In this document: piece after piece, positions 19,374 to 29,766 of the stretch
How the letters are laid out: each line of letters starts with the position of its first letter
How positions within the stretch are numbered: the first letter of the stretch is position 1
Source of the DNA: an uncultured Nitrososphaerota archaeon
GTDB taxonomy: Archaea > Thermoproteota > Nitrososphaeria > Conexivisphaerales > DTJL01
Assembly: GCA_963842885.1 (NCBI GenBank)
Contig: CAWJIE010000003.1
Location: 352,001-416,000, forward strand
DNA length: 64,000 nucleotides
Direction of reading: 5' to 3'
The notes under the pieces: model-generated
Databases searched by the model: none
What the model saw: only the letters and a program-made list of their open reading frames with translations
What the model was told of the DNA's origin: nothing
Translations under genes and position numbers: made by a program

Positions 19374-19931
19374 ATGGTGATTGCGGGGAAGGCGGTGTAC
19401 CTTCGTGGCATCGAACGAGAGGACTTGAAGCTTATGCACAAGTGGCTCAATGACAGCGAAATCATGCAGTGGGCACGTTCCCAGCCTGACAACGTTGCGT
19501 CGATGGAGGCTGTGGAGAAGGAGTTCGAGCTTGACCTGAAGGGCGAGAACCCCCATCGGTGGACTTTCATATTGGCGCAGGTGGGGACGGAAGAGCCCAT
19601 AGGATGGGCGTCGATTCGCTGGTGGAGGCCGTTCAGCACGACCGTCGACATCGGCCTGGTAATCGCGGAGAAGGGGCTGAGGGGGAAGGGAATCGGAACT
19701 GAAGCCACGATGCTCCTCGCAGATGAGGCCTTCGACCAGCTGCACATGCACAAGGTCGAGCTGTGGACGAGGGCTGACAACACAGCGGCCAGGAAGGTCG
19801 CGGAGAACTGCGGTTTCAGGTTGGAAGGGACGGACAGAGAGGTCGTATTCTTCGATGGGAAGTACCATGACGGCGTTTCTTATGGCGTTCTCGAAGACGA
19901 GTTCAGAAAGGCAGCCGCCAAGACAGGATGA
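19374..19931 (+). CDS. RimJ/RimL-family GNAT N-acetyltransferase
   Basis: VYLRGIEREDL, RGKGIGTEA, LHMHKVEL, GFRLEG. Confidence 0.9.
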   Translation: MVIAGKAVYLRGIEREDLKLMHKWLNDSEIMQWARSQPDNVASMEAVEKEFELDLKGENPHRWTFILAQVGTEEPIGWASIRWWRPFSTTVDIGLVIAEKGLRGKGIGTEATMLLADEAFDQLHMHKVELWTRADNTAARKVAENCGFRLEGTDREVVFFDGKYHDGVSYGVLEDEFRKAAAKTG

Positions 19932-20078
19932 AAGTTCGTACCGTGTCTGCCCCGGCCGGATTGAGGAGGTCGATGAAGTGCAGACGATGCGAGCCTTGAA
20001 AGGGTCCTTCGTGCCGTGATGAAACAACCACACAATGCTAATGTATTCCTTCGATAGTCGCATAGAGCGTGAGAACGA

Positions 20079-20453
20079 GTGGTGGACAACTGCCTGGAAT
20101 GTAGCAAGATTGGCATGACCACGGAGTGCCAGTACATGGAGTTCCCTGAAGGGATGCATCACTACTTCGACGAGAAGGTCTGCTCGTTCCACTATTGGCT
20201 CCTCTACGTGCGTCCCAGGAAAGGGTGGGAAGACTATCTCAGCTTCGAGCAAGCGGACGGAGCTGCCGCCGGATACCATGTCACCCTTCCTCCTGAGGAA
20301 GTGATAAGAACTGCCATCCGTGGGGACGTCGCGCCCGTCATCGGTTCCATTGGCGGCAAACAAGCTACTCAGACTTCTGATGGTGGTCAGGGCCAGCCCC
20401 CTAGGTCGAGCAGGGACCAGACGACAGCGCAGCCGCCTTCATCTCAATCCTGA
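20079..20453 (+). CDS. Hypothetical Cys-containing protein
   Basis: NCLEC...ECQY...VCSFHY; C-terminus uncertain. Confidence 0.45.
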   Translation: MVDNCLECSKIGMTTECQYMEFPEGMHHYFDEKVCSFHYWLLYVRPRKGWEDYLSFEQADGAAAGYHVTLPPEEVIRTAIRGDVAPVIGSIGGKQATQTSDGGQGQPPRSSRDQTTAQPPSSQS

Positions 20454-20536
20454 GCAATCGTGGGAAGAGAGCAGCTCACCTAGAGCTTTGAACGGATTTC
20501 TTCCTTTGTGGTTCTGATGGGGGGCCAGAGAGCACG

Positions 20537-21010
20537 TCAGGCCCCTCTGGTCCCAGACGGCAAAGCAAGGGACACATCCGGCGAGATTGCACAGATGGCT
20601 TCGAGCCGTCGGGCGGAGCTGGCAAAATAGATTAGATGAGACCCGCATCGGCAGTCGGACGATCCGAAGTGGGGCACCGAGCCGTCGGAGGTTTTCTTCA
20701 GAATCGTCGCAACTTCGCACTCGGTGCGTGAGCGCCAGACCACTACGCTAGTCGGAGTGACCTCCCGCCGCGCAGTCAAGTAGTCTATGTGCCATCTAAC
20801 CGTCTTTGTGCTTGCGACATGCCGCGCTACGCGCTTGCGGAGGTTGGCTCGGGCGGAACCGACGTAGACGTAGCAGCCCTTCCTGAAAGGCAGACAGCCC
20901 AATGATCCCACCGGAATCATCTCCTCGTGGTTGAAGACGAGAGTCAGGGCGTACACACCGCTGCCAAGAAGTTGGCTCAGTTCCTCGGAGGTCATCGGGA
21001 TGGAGGTCAA
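20537..21010 (-). CDS. DUF123 / GIY-YIG nuclease family protein
   Basis: GVYAL, YVYVGSA, RVARH, RWHIDYL, FGSSDCRCGSHL. Confidence 0.88.
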   Translation of the reverse strand: MTSIPMTSEELSQLLGSGVYALTLVFNHEEMIPVGSLGCLPFRKGCYVYVGSARANLRKRVARHVASTKTVRWHIDYLTARREVTPTSVVVWRSRTECEVATILKKTSDGSVPHFGSSDCRCGSHLIYFASSARRLEAICAISPDVSLALPSGTRGA

Positions 21011-21139
21011 AGGTGCCTGTATTGAACTCTTGTCCCTATGGGTGAAAGACGGAATAGGAATCGGCCGTCGTCAAAGCGAAGAGGTCGGACCCGTGCCATG
21101 CAAGGCGATGTAGTCTCGTTTGACTCGGAACCCCGATGT

Positions 21140-21454
21140 TCAGCCCAGGGCTTTCTTGATTTCTGCCGAAATCTCGGCATCAGTCTTTCCGTCGGTGGAG
21201 ATGCCGAGCTCGCTGGCGGCCTTGATCATCCTGACGCGCGCGTCGGAGGAAGGCTGGCTAGAAGTAGTCGACGCCGAAGCCTTGAGTTTCTGGACCTCCA
21301 GCTCGGACTCGACCTTCGCCTTCTGGAACTCGCCCTGGGCGCGTCCGAGGGACTTGGCCAAATCGGGGATCTTGCCGGCGCCGAAGATCAGAACGACTAC
21401 GATGACGATCACTATCAGCCATTCCGAACCTTGCAGCAGCATTGGTACGAACAT
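21140..21454 (-). CDS. tatA: Twin-arginine translocase TatA/E subunit
   Basis: EWLIVIVIVVVLIFGAGKIPDLAKSLGRAQGEFQK. Confidence 0.92.
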   Translation of the reverse strand: MFVPMLLQGSEWLIVIVIVVVLIFGAGKIPDLAKSLGRAQGEFQKAKVESELEVQKLKASASTTSSQPSSDARVRMIKAASELGISTDGKTDAEISAEIKKALG

Positions 21455-21669
21455 TCTCTACACCTTACGGTCAGAGGCGCGTGCTATTATTTACAGATAT
21501 GGATCGCAAATGTTTCAAGAGACCGATATGCAGACATCCATTATGGATTCCGACGAGGGAAGGGGATGACAAGTCCGGACTGTCTGGTAAGACAGGGAGG
21601 AGTCCCTTCTAAGCCGAATCGGTGCCCCGAATTCACGGCTCGCTTATAAGGGCCAACCGAAGGATACTT

Positions 21670-22284
21670 GTGGACCAAGCCTTGTTCTCAAGGATCAAGG
21701 TCTCCGGGGCGTTGATATTCCTGGCAACCACTCAGTTCCTCCTTGGGATGCTCTTGGCCGAGACCCTTTATCCGGGATACAGCGTCTCCGCGAACTATAT
21801 CAGCGATTTCGGAGCCACGTGCCGCGCTACTTGCACCATCGTTCAACCCTCCTCGCTGATATTCGGTTCATCCGTCTTCTTGCTCGGAGCCCTTCTGGTC
21901 CTAGGAGCCTACCTTTTCAGACAGGGGTCCGGATCGGTGCTCGTGCCCTTGCTTCTCGGAGTAACCGGCTTGGGAGCCATGGGAGTCGGCGTCTTCCCTG
22001 AAACGACAGGTGTGTTGCACGATGTCGTGTCATTGGTGGCATTTGTGGGAGGAGGGCTTGCCGCTGTTGCCTCCTTCAAGTTCTCTAGGCCCGTCCTTTG
22101 TTACTTCGCCGCAATTCTAGGAATGATGACTCTCGTGGCGCTGGTGCTGTACGCCTCCAGGATCTACTTGGGGTTAGGCGCAGGCGGCATGGAGAGGATG
22201 GTCGTGTTTCCGGTCCTCACCTGGGGGATCGGGTTCGGCGGCTATTTGACGGCAAGAACAGAAGACTCATTCGCGAAACATTGA
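21670..22284 (+). CDS. DUF998 family membrane protein
   Basis: YPGYSVSANYISDFG, GVGVFPE, LHDVV, GGMERM. Confidence 0.85.
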   Translation: MDQALFSRIKVSGALIFLATTQFLLGMLLAETLYPGYSVSANYISDFGATCRATCTIVQPSSLIFGSSVFLLGALLVLGAYLFRQGSGSVLVPLLLGVTGLGAMGVGVFPETTGVLHDVVSLVAFVGGGLAAVASFKFSRPVLCYFAAILGMMTLVALVLYASRIYLGLGAGGMERMVVFPVLTWGIGFGGYLTARTEDSFAKH

Positions 22285-22326
22285 TTCGCGTGTGAAGCGG
22301 AATCCAGAAGGCTCCACCTTGGACGA

Positions 22327-23415
22327 CTAGACCACCAGCAGCTCCTTGTCGCACTTGCCTATCGTCTCGACTCCTTCTGTGGTGACGACCAGGTCGTCCT
22401 CAATCCGGACGCCCAGTCTTCCAGGTAGGTATATCCCAGGTTCCACTGTAAAGGTCATCCCCGGTCTCAGGACCAAGGGGCAGGAGCTGGTGATGCTTGG
22501 CTCTTCGTGGACATCGAGACCCAGCCCGTGCCCCGTGCGGTGGAGGAAGCAGTCGCCGTAGCCAGCCTTGGTTACGACGGCTCTCGCCCTTCTGTCCAGT
22601 GTGCCGGCGACGAGGCCAGGCTTGATGGCCGAGATGGCAGCGGTCTGCGCATCCAAGACGGTCCTGTAGACCTCCATCTGCATGGGCGACGCCTTCCCGA
22701 CGAAGACCGTCCTCGTGAGGTCCGCGTAATAACCGCGATATGTGGCGCTGACGTCCATCAATACGCAATCCCCGCTGCGGACCTTCGTCCCAGATGAGTC
22801 GCCATGAGGGAGAGCGGCGTTCTTCCCCGTCAGCACGGCGTTGAATGGCACCTTCTCCCCTCCCAGCTCCCGTATCTTGCGCTCAATCTCAAAACCGATC
22901 TGAAGCTCAGTCGCACCCACCTTGATGGCATCAATCCCAGCCAGGATGCCCTCTTCGACTATCTTGCCGGCCTTCTTCATGGTGGCGAGTTCCTCGGTGT
23001 CTTTGGTCACTCGCAGCTCCATCACCGCGATGGTGGTATCCTCAATGGTGGACCTGGGGATTGCCTTGGAGACGTACTGGAAGAAACGGAAGGGAAGGAA
23101 GCTCTCGACGCCCACTGTGCCGCCACCGAGACCCAGCTCGGACAGTGTCGACCTGATGAGCCTGTCCGGGCCCTCTTCGTCCGTATACGACCTCACGTCC
23201 TTGACGCTGGACTGCTCCTTTGCCTTCTCCGCCTCCAAGGAGGGGAGGATAAGGGAAGGCTCACCATCGGCGGGTACCACCATGGCCGAGAACCGCTCGA
23301 ACGATTGAATGGGGATGCCGGCAAGGTAGAGCAGGTTGGCGGTGGATGAAATGACCATGCCGGAAAGGCCCCGTCTGACGATGACCTTCTGAAGTCTTCT
23401 GGCTCTGGGCGACAA
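22327..23415 (-). CDS. pepQ: Xaa-Pro dipeptidase (M24B)
   Basis: ALPHG, GYYADLTRT, HRTGHGLGLDVHEEP, TVEPGIY, GVRIEDD. Confidence 0.92.
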   Translation of the reverse strand: MSPRARRLQKVIVRRGLSGMVISSTANLLYLAGIPIQSFERFSAMVVPADGEPSLILPSLEAEKAKEQSSVKDVRSYTDEEGPDRLIRSTLSELGLGGGTVGVESFLPFRFFQYVSKAIPRSTIEDTTIAVMELRVTKDTEELATMKKAGKIVEEGILAGIDAIKVGATELQIGFEIERKIRELGGEKVPFNAVLTGKNAALPHGDSSGTKVRSGDCVLMDVSATYRGYYADLTRTVFVGKASPMQMEVYRTVLDAQTAAISAIKPGLVAGTLDRRARAVVTKAGYGDCFLHRTGHGLGLDVHEEPSITSSCPLVLRPGMTFTVEPGIYLPGRLGVRIEDDLVVTTEGVETIGKCDKELLVV

Positions 23416-23547
23416 CGGGGAGTCGGTTGTCGAAAGGCCTTATTACCTTTCCCAACGTCCTGAGGGAAGATTCGATGGGGAGGACCATGACGTCCCGTAG
23501 AACCCGTCTTGAATGGAGAAACCTGAAGGGGCTCTAGGCAAGAGGGA

Positions 23548-23913
23548 CTATGTAGGGTCCGGAAACGATTCCAGGATGCCGAAGACGTTGCCTTCGGTGT
23601 CCTGGCAATAAGAGAAGATGCCCACGCCGGGTATCTTGGTCTTCTTGGAGACCTGCTTTCCGCCTGCCGCCTTGATCTTCTTTGCGAACTCGTCATGGGA
23701 AGGGACGTTCACCGTGTTAATGGTGCTCTCCTTCTTCTCCCGCTTCATTATGGCGCCGTCGATGCCTGCTTCTTTCTTCTTCCCGGTCGTGATCAACCAG
23801 TAACCCACGGAGCCGCCCCATTTCTTGATCTTCCATCCGAAGACCTTCTCGTAGAAGGCCTTGGCCCTCTTGGGGTCCTCGGCCGCTATTTCGAAGTGGA
23901 TGACTCTTGGCAT
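23548..23913 (-). CDS. VOC/glyoxalase family protein
   Basis: VIHFEIAAEDPKRAKAFYEKVFGW, DTEGNVFGI. Confidence 0.9.
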   Translation of the reverse strand: MPRVIHFEIAAEDPKRAKAFYEKVFGWKIKKWGGSVGYWLITTGKKKEAGIDGAIMKREKKESTINTVNVPSHDEFAKKIKAAGGKQVSKKTKIPGVGIFSYCQDTEGNVFGILESFPDPT

Positions 23914-23981
23914 ACTATAGAACAGTCAACACATGCGAATCTATTAAGCGTATTTCACGAAGTTCTAGAGAAATCCCCGAG

Positions 23982-24350
23982 TCATGAGAGCTTGATCTCC
24001 AGGAAGACCCTTTTCCTGTGCCTTAGCCTTGTCGCGACCTTGTCAAGGACCATGAGCATACCATATTTCGATCTGAAGGTCTTGTTCAATTCCTCCGAAG
24101 AATCGTCTTCCGACATCGTGGCGACCCCTTCAAGGTACGGACCTAGGGGCTCCCCGCCCACCTTGCAGGGCGCCAGAGCCACATTGGGGTTGTTCCGCAG
24201 GCGCCTGACCTTGCCAGAGGTGGCCATCGTCCAAACGTAGACGCGGCTGTCCCTTTGCACAAACCACACAGGGGTGGAGACCTTGGCGCCGCTGCGTCTA
24301 TAAGTCGTCAGGCTGACGTACTTGTGACCTTCAAGTGCCGTGGAGCTCAA
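23982..24350 (-). CDS. PPOX-class F420/FMN-dependent oxidoreductase
   Basis: YVSLTTYRRSGAKVSTPVWF, GKVRRLRNNPNVALAPC. Confidence 0.88.
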   Translation of the reverse strand: MSSTALEGHKYVSLTTYRRSGAKVSTPVWFVQRDSRVYVWTMATSGKVRRLRNNPNVALAPCKVGGEPLGPYLEGVATMSEDDSSEELNKTFRSKYGMLMVLDKVATRLRHRKRVFLEIKLS

Positions 24351-24585
24351 TTTTCGCAGGCTCTTCTGTGGGGCGCTTCCCCTATATCCATTCCCCCGCC
24401 GGAGCGGAGAGCTCGGCGGCTCTTAGGGGTCACCTCGGGCTTGGGACCCTGGCTGGCCAAGAGCGACTGAATCGCTTTGAGTCCTTTTGCCTTCGCATCC
24501 TACCTTTTGGCGGGCCTTTCAGTGGACGCCCGATGGTCGGGCTGGATTAGCTTAATAAGGCCGTTATTTCTGCGGATGAAGTATA

Positions 24586-25563
24586 ATGATATTCAACAGT
24601 ATTCTGGATCTCATCGGCCACACACCAATGATTAGGGTGAACAACCTGGCCAGCAACAAAGAAGTTGAGCTTTACATCAAGCTGGAGAAGATGAATCCCG
24701 GCGGCTCCGTCAAGGACAGGATTGCCAAGTACATGATCGAAGACGCGGAGCGACGGGGCGTCCTAGTCCCAGGAAAGACGGTGATCGAGCCGACCAGTGG
24801 CAATACCGGCATAGGCCTGGCAATGGTCTGCCGTTCCAAAGGTTACGATTGCGTCCTGGTGATGCCGGAGAGCATGACCATGGAAAGGCGACAGCTGATG
24901 ATCGCTTTGGGCGCGAAGATCATCCTGACGCCCGGGGGAAAGGGGATGGACGGCGCCGAAGACTACGCTAGGAGCCTCGTCACTCGCAGAGCTGAACGAT
25001 ATTTCATGCCAGACCAGTTCGGAAACGAGGTAAACGCGCGGGCCCATTACGAAACCACGGCTGAGGAGATATGGAAGGATACGGAAGGGAGAATCTCACT
25101 GGTCGTGGCAGGACTTGGGACGGCGGGGACATCGATGGGTGTGGCCCGACGCCTTAAGGAACTCAACCCCAAGGTCAGGGTGATAGGCGTCGCACCCGAC
25201 GAGAAGACGCCAATCCAAGGCCTCAAGAACTACAACACACAGCACATCCCTGGAATCTGGAAGCCGGAGCTTCTGGACGAGGTCCGGTACATCGGCTCTA
25301 AGACTGCGGAAGAGACCGTGAGGCTTCTGGCCCTGGCTGAAGGGCTGCTGGTGGGACCGAGCTCGGGTGCGATACTGCACGTCGCCCTGAAGGAGGCTAA
25401 TGAAATGGACAGCGGCGTCGTGGTGTCGATCGCGCCCGACGGCCTCGAAAGGTATCTGACCACTCCGGTATGCGAGCCCAGTTACTGCCTGGACTGCGCT
25501 CAGAAGTACGGCATAAAGTGCTCCTACAGCGACGGTGTGCCCATATCGAAGTCTGAAGCGTAG
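24586..25563 (+). CDS. cysK: Cysteine synthase (PLP-dependent, CysK/CysM family) with a Cys-rich C-terminal tail
   Basis: NPGGSVKDR, EPTSGNTGIGLA, DQFGN, GLGTAGT, GPSSGA. Confidence 0.88.
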   Translation: MIFNSILDLIGHTPMIRVNNLASNKEVELYIKLEKMNPGGSVKDRIAKYMIEDAERRGVLVPGKTVIEPTSGNTGIGLAMVCRSKGYDCVLVMPESMTMERRQLMIALGAKIILTPGGKGMDGAEDYARSLVTRRAERYFMPDQFGNEVNARAHYETTAEEIWKDTEGRISLVVAGLGTAGTSMGVARRLKELNPKVRVIGVAPDEKTPIQGLKNYNTQHIPGIWKPELLDEVRYIGSKTAEETVRLLALAEGLLVGPSSGAILHVALKEANEMDSGVVVSIAPDGLERYLTTPVCEPSYCLDCAQKYGIKCSYSDGVPISKSEA

Positions 25564-25618
25564 CAGGTTTCGCGGCCCTAGGCATGGGCTTGCCAGATGT
25601 CGTCCTTGCGATAGCTGC

Positions 25619-26449
25619 CTAGACTACTGTCAGCACCAGAGCGGCGACTATCAGCGCCCCAGCCAACAGGTCGCTGGCTCCTGGTTTTTCCTTCCCGAGA
25701 GCCTTCGAAAAGAGCTGTGTAAGGAAGGGGGAAAGGCTCGTCAGCAGGATTGTCATGTTCAGGCCCACTAGAGTCAGAGAGTAAACGAAGAGAGAGGTGC
25801 CAGCGGCAGTGTCTGCGACCGACAAGGCAGCCAGCCAGGCGTGCCTTTTCGCTCCGAAACCCACAGAGCCCTTCGGGCGCCTAACGGCAAAGACGACGCT
25901 GAGGACGATGACGGCCCCGCCGATACGCATGAAAGTGAGGGAAAGCGGGTTTGCCCCTCCGGAGGTCGCCAACTGCAGGACCGTCTGGCCAGCGGTCCAC
26001 AGAACGGAGGCCCCAAGGGCCAGGGCGACTCCCTTGAAGCGCAGACCGGTCCTGTCACCTCTCGACAGGATGTAGATGCCAGCGATGATCAGACACGAGC
26101 TGACGAGGAAGGTGGGGCGAAGTGGCTCCCCGACCAGAGTCGCCGAGAACTGGGTCAGCAGCACGTCCGTGTAGGCCACGGGCGCCGCCACGGACGCCCC
26201 GGCGTACTTGACGGCGTAGAAGTAGAAGGTGTCTCCCGCCACGAGGACCACCACGCCGCTGACCATGGCGTACGGCAAACCTTGGATTGAACCCACCAAG
26301 AGGAAGGGCACCAGCATGGCGAGTCCGCCATAGCAGAGGCGGAGGAGATTGATGGTCGGCGTGTCATACCGAAGAAAGTAGTCCCTGTAGTAGATCGGAC
26401 AGAACGCCCAGATGATGGAGCTGGTGAGGGCTGGGACGGACTCGGACAT
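25619..26449 (-). CDS. DMT/EamA family transporter
   Basis: About 10 TM helices in two EamA repeats (AGASVAAPV; LTSLSPFLTQLFSKALGKEK). Confidence 0.85.
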   Translation of the reverse strand: MSESVPALTSSIIWAFCPIYYRDYFLRYDTPTINLLRLCYGGLAMLVPFLLVGSIQGLPYAMVSGVVVLVAGDTFYFYAVKYAGASVAAPVAYTDVLLTQFSATLVGEPLRPTFLVSSCLIIAGIYILSRGDRTGLRFKGVALALGASVLWTAGQTVLQLATSGGANPLSLTFMRIGGAVIVLSVVFAVRRPKGSVGFGAKRHAWLAALSVADTAAGTSLFVYSLTLVGLNMTILLTSLSPFLTQLFSKALGKEKPGASDLLAGALIVAALVLTVV

Positions 26450-26574
26450 GCTGCTTCGAAATGTCTCCTGATGCGACAGCATGACGGCCGGCCTACTTTA
26501 ACGGTGTCGCCACGGTCGGCTCATCCGAGCTGCCCTGTTGAACTTTAAGCAGAAGATGACAAAACGAGGGGACA

Positions 26575-27150
26575 TTGAGTGACGCCGAGGGACTCTACGT
26601 GGCCGACAGGGGGGCATGGCACAGCTGGTTGTAGAAGCATCATGACCGGAGCCCAGGCGTGTGGCTCGTCTTCTGCAGACGGCAGACAGGGAAGATTTCA
26701 ATCCCATATGACGACGCCGTCGAAGAGGCTCTCTGTTACGGCTGGGTTGACAGCCAGATAAGGCGCACCGACTCGGAGAAGTTCGCGCGCAAGTTCATGC
26801 CGCGCCGACTGAGAAGCAAGTGGTCCCACTCCAATGTGGAACGGGGCCGGAGGATGATTGGCGAAGGGCGAATGACGGAGGCCGGTCTCATTTAGGTCAG
26901 GGAGGCTAAGAGGAGGGGGACATGGTGCGCCCAGGAATCGAGACCCCGCAATCTCCAAACCCCCTCCTTTCTCGGCGACGCCTTGGGGACGAATCCCAGG
27001 GCGGAGACGAACTTCCAAAGGATGGCAGGCTCTTACAGGGATCAGTTCGTGGCCTGGGTCGCCAGCGTCAAGACCAAAGCAATTCGCAGGAAACGCGTGC
27101 TGGAGACGCTGGAAAGGCTCGAGAGAAACGGGAAGCTCGGAATGAAGTGA
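26575..27150 (+). pseudogene. YdeI/OmpD-associated family gene with two in-frame TAG codons (26632-34, 26893-95)
   Basis: A single frame from TTG26575 to TGA27150 reads ...WHSWL*KHHD...EALCYGWVDSQ...SKWSHSN...MTEAGLI*VREAK...LERNGKLGMK. Confidence 0.8.
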
Positions 27151-27240
27151 TGTCATGATCGTCCCTTCGAGCGAATAGGCTTTATGTCACCACTGGGTCC
27201 ATCTCTTGAGCCCACGGCATGGACCAACAGGTGGATTGTG

Positions 27241-27885
27241 TTGCATAGGGTGCTCGTCATGGGTTTCGAGCCTTTCGGGAAGGAGGATGGCAACCCGACG
27301 GACAGGCTGGCCAAGGCGTTCGACGGAAGGATCATAGGCAAGTCGAAAGTGGCGGGGAGGGTCCTTCCGGTCAGCTATCGGAGAGTCGGGGCGAGCTTGC
27401 GCCTTATCCTTGAGAAGGAGAAGCCGCAGGTGGTTGTGGCGACGGGCCTCTGGGGCGGAAGGACGGACATGACGGTCGAAAGGATCGCCGTCAACGTCAT
27501 GGATGCGCGAATCCCCGACAACGACGGTTTCAGCCCGAGGGACTCTCCTGTCGTCAAGGGAGGCCCCGCGGCATACCTTTCGACGTTCCCCTACACGAGG
27601 ATCTTGGCAGACATGAGGAGGGAGGGAGTGCCAGCCACTCTATCGTACTCGGCGGGGACCTTCATATGCAACGCCCTGCTCTACCACTTGCTTCACTACG
27701 CGCACAGGTATGGCATCCCCCGGCTTGGAGGCTTCCTTCATGTCCCCAACCTGCCGGAAGAAGTCATTTCAAAGCAGGGTGCTTTCGGTATGTCAAAGCC
27801 CAGCATGTCTTTCACCTTGATGGAGAAGGCCGTCGAGGTGGCCGTGCTGGACAGCCTCGATGAAATCGAGGAATCCCGGCGGTAG
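27241..27885 (+). CDS. pcp: Pyroglutamyl-peptidase I
   Basis: GFEPFG, VERIAVN, IPDNDG, SAGTFICN, FLHVP (Glu/Cys/His triad). Confidence 0.92.
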   Translation: MHRVLVMGFEPFGKEDGNPTDRLAKAFDGRIIGKSKVAGRVLPVSYRRVGASLRLILEKEKPQVVVATGLWGGRTDMTVERIAVNVMDARIPDNDGFSPRDSPVVKGGPAAYLSTFPYTRILADMRREGVPATLSYSAGTFICNALLYHLLHYAHRYGIPRLGGFLHVPNLPEEVISKQGAFGMSKPSMSFTLMEKAVEVAVLDSLDEIEESRR

Positions 27886-27987
27886 GTCGGCCCGGACCAG
27901 AGGAGCGAACCCTGCGGCGCGCGTGGGGCCTCTGCATCACCCTAGGGTTTGGCAGATTGCGCCACGCATGACCTTTGGAAAGATTGT

Positions 27988-29766
27988 CTATGTGGAACTC
28001 TCTACGTTCAGGGCCCTGGGCAGCGTAATCACGGCTGTGGTACCCTTCCCTTCTTCGCTCCTGACGTCGATTTCCCCGCCGTGGGCCTCCACGAGTCGCT
28101 GGCAGATCGCCAGGCCAAGTCCTAGACCCTTGGCCTTCGTTGTGAAGAAGGGGCTGAAGAGCTGCCGTAGCGTCGTCGAGTCCATCCCGACGCCCGTGTC
28201 GCCGACTTCGGCAACGACCTTGTCTGCATCGGCCCTGACGGACAAGCTCAAAATCCCTCCGGAGGGCATGGCCTCCACTGCGTTGGAGATGAGGTTCTGG
28301 AAGACGCGCTTCAACTTGGCCAGGTCGCCGTTGACGAATGCGCCGGTGTCAAGGTTGCGAACAAGCTTGACGGACGGAGGAAGGTCCAGACCAGAGGCAA
28401 ACTGCCCTAGCATGGACCCCAGGTCCAATCTCTCACTGTTCAGGTCGGTCGCCCTCGAGTACTGAAGAAGATCGTCGATTATCTTGCTAGAGTGTTCGAC
28501 CGCCCCCTCGACGGATCTGATTGAATCCTCTATCTTGTCGCCCAGGTCTTCGGGCAGGACGTTCTTGATGTAAAAGAGATTGGTGTTGATGGCCGTCAGA
28601 GGGTTACGTAGGTCGTGGGCCACCTGGGCGGCCAGGCTGCCGATGGCGGCCAGACGCTCGGACTGCACCAACAGTTGGTGTGCTTTCTCCAACTCTTCCG
28701 TGCGCTCCTTGACTTTCTTCTCTAGACCAACACTGTACGACTTGAGCTCGTCTTCCGCCTCCTTCCTGGCGGTCACGTCCTGTACCTGCGATATCGAATA
28801 GAGGGGCTGGCCACCCGCGTCGCGCACAAGGGAGACGCTCAGGGTCGCCCAGATGACCTTGCCGTCCTTCCTTACGTATCGCTGCTCCACCTGGTAGGAG
28901 GCGAGCTTCCCCTCCCTCATCCGGAGGCTATAGTCCGAGTTGACGTCCCTGTCCTCCACATAGGTGACCTCTTCGAAAGTCTTGGCAAGGAGCTCCTGCT
29001 CCGTATAGCCCAAGGTTTCGCATAGGGCCCTGTTGACCTTCATCCAGCGGCCGTCCAAGCCTGTCATGGCCATCCCCACGGCCGCGTCTTCGAAGGCCGA
29101 CTTGAAGCTCCTCGCAGTGTCGATGAGCGCCGCCCTCTCGAGTTTTCTCTCGGAGATGTCCTCCATCACCTCGATGGCTCCCCACAAGCGTCCGCTTTCG
29201 TCGCGCACCGGTAGGGTGGTCACCAGCATGTCGAGGTTAGTGCCGTCCTTGTTCTTCCGCACTTGTTCAGAGTTGTAGGTCCCCACTCCTCCGAAGGCTT
29301 TCAGCAACTCATATCTGAAGCCAGGTAACAGTTCGGCGGGCACGGTGGGGTCGGCCTTGCCCAACACCTCCTCTCGCTTCCATCCGAAGATGTGCTCCGC
29401 GGGGAGGTTCCAGGATTCCAAGTTCCCCCGGAGGTCAGTTGAAGCGACTGCCAGGGGCGACGCATCCAAGAAGGTCCTTAGGCTTTGGCTGGCCGTCTCC
29501 TTGGACCTATCGGCTGAATCGACATCGTGCACGTAGCGTCTTGCGAGGAGAAGTACTGAAACTCCGGAGGTAACCGCGTAAAGCAGGTCCAGCGCGATGG
29601 TCAGCCAGAGTGCGAAGGTCCTGTCTGCCACAAGGCCAAGGACAAGAAGGTCGGAGGAAAGGAGGAAGGCAACCGACATGGACAGCCACAGGAGGAGGAG
29701 AGCGTCGGGTTCTGAGAGATGCGTAAGGCGTTGCACGTACTTGATCAGGTCGTGGGGAGACTCCAA
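27988..29766 (-). CDS. Membrane-anchored PAS-PAS sensor histidine kinase
   Basis: 2 TM helices, two PAS domains, AHDLRNPL H-box, NLISNA, DTGVG, FFTTKAKGLGLGL. Confidence 0.92.
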   Translation of the reverse strand: MESPHDLIKYVQRLTHLSEPDALLLLWLSMSVAFLLSSDLLVLGLVADRTFALWLTIALDLLYAVTSGVSVLLLARRYVHDVDSADRSKETASQSLRTFLDASPLAVASTDLRGNLESWNLPAEHIFGWKREEVLGKADPTVPAELLPGFRYELLKAFGGVGTYNSEQVRKNKDGTNLDMLVTTLPVRDESGRLWGAIEVMEDISERKLERAALIDTARSFKSAFEDAAVGMAMTGLDGRWMKVNRALCETLGYTEQELLAKTFEEVTYVEDRDVNSDYSLRMREGKLASYQVEQRYVRKDGKVIWATLSVSLVRDAGGQPLYSISQVQDVTARKEAEDELKSYSVGLEKKVKERTEELEKAHQLLVQSERLAAIGSLAAQVAHDLRNPLTAINTNLFYIKNVLPEDLGDKIEDSIRSVEGAVEHSSKIIDDLLQYSRATDLNSERLDLGSMLGQFASGLDLPPSVKLVRNLDTGAFVNGDLAKLKRVFQNLISNAVEAMPSGGILSLSVRADADKVVAEVGDTGVGMDSTTLRQLFSPFFTTKAKGLGLGLAICQRLVEAHGGEIDVRSEEGKGTTAVITLPRALNVESST

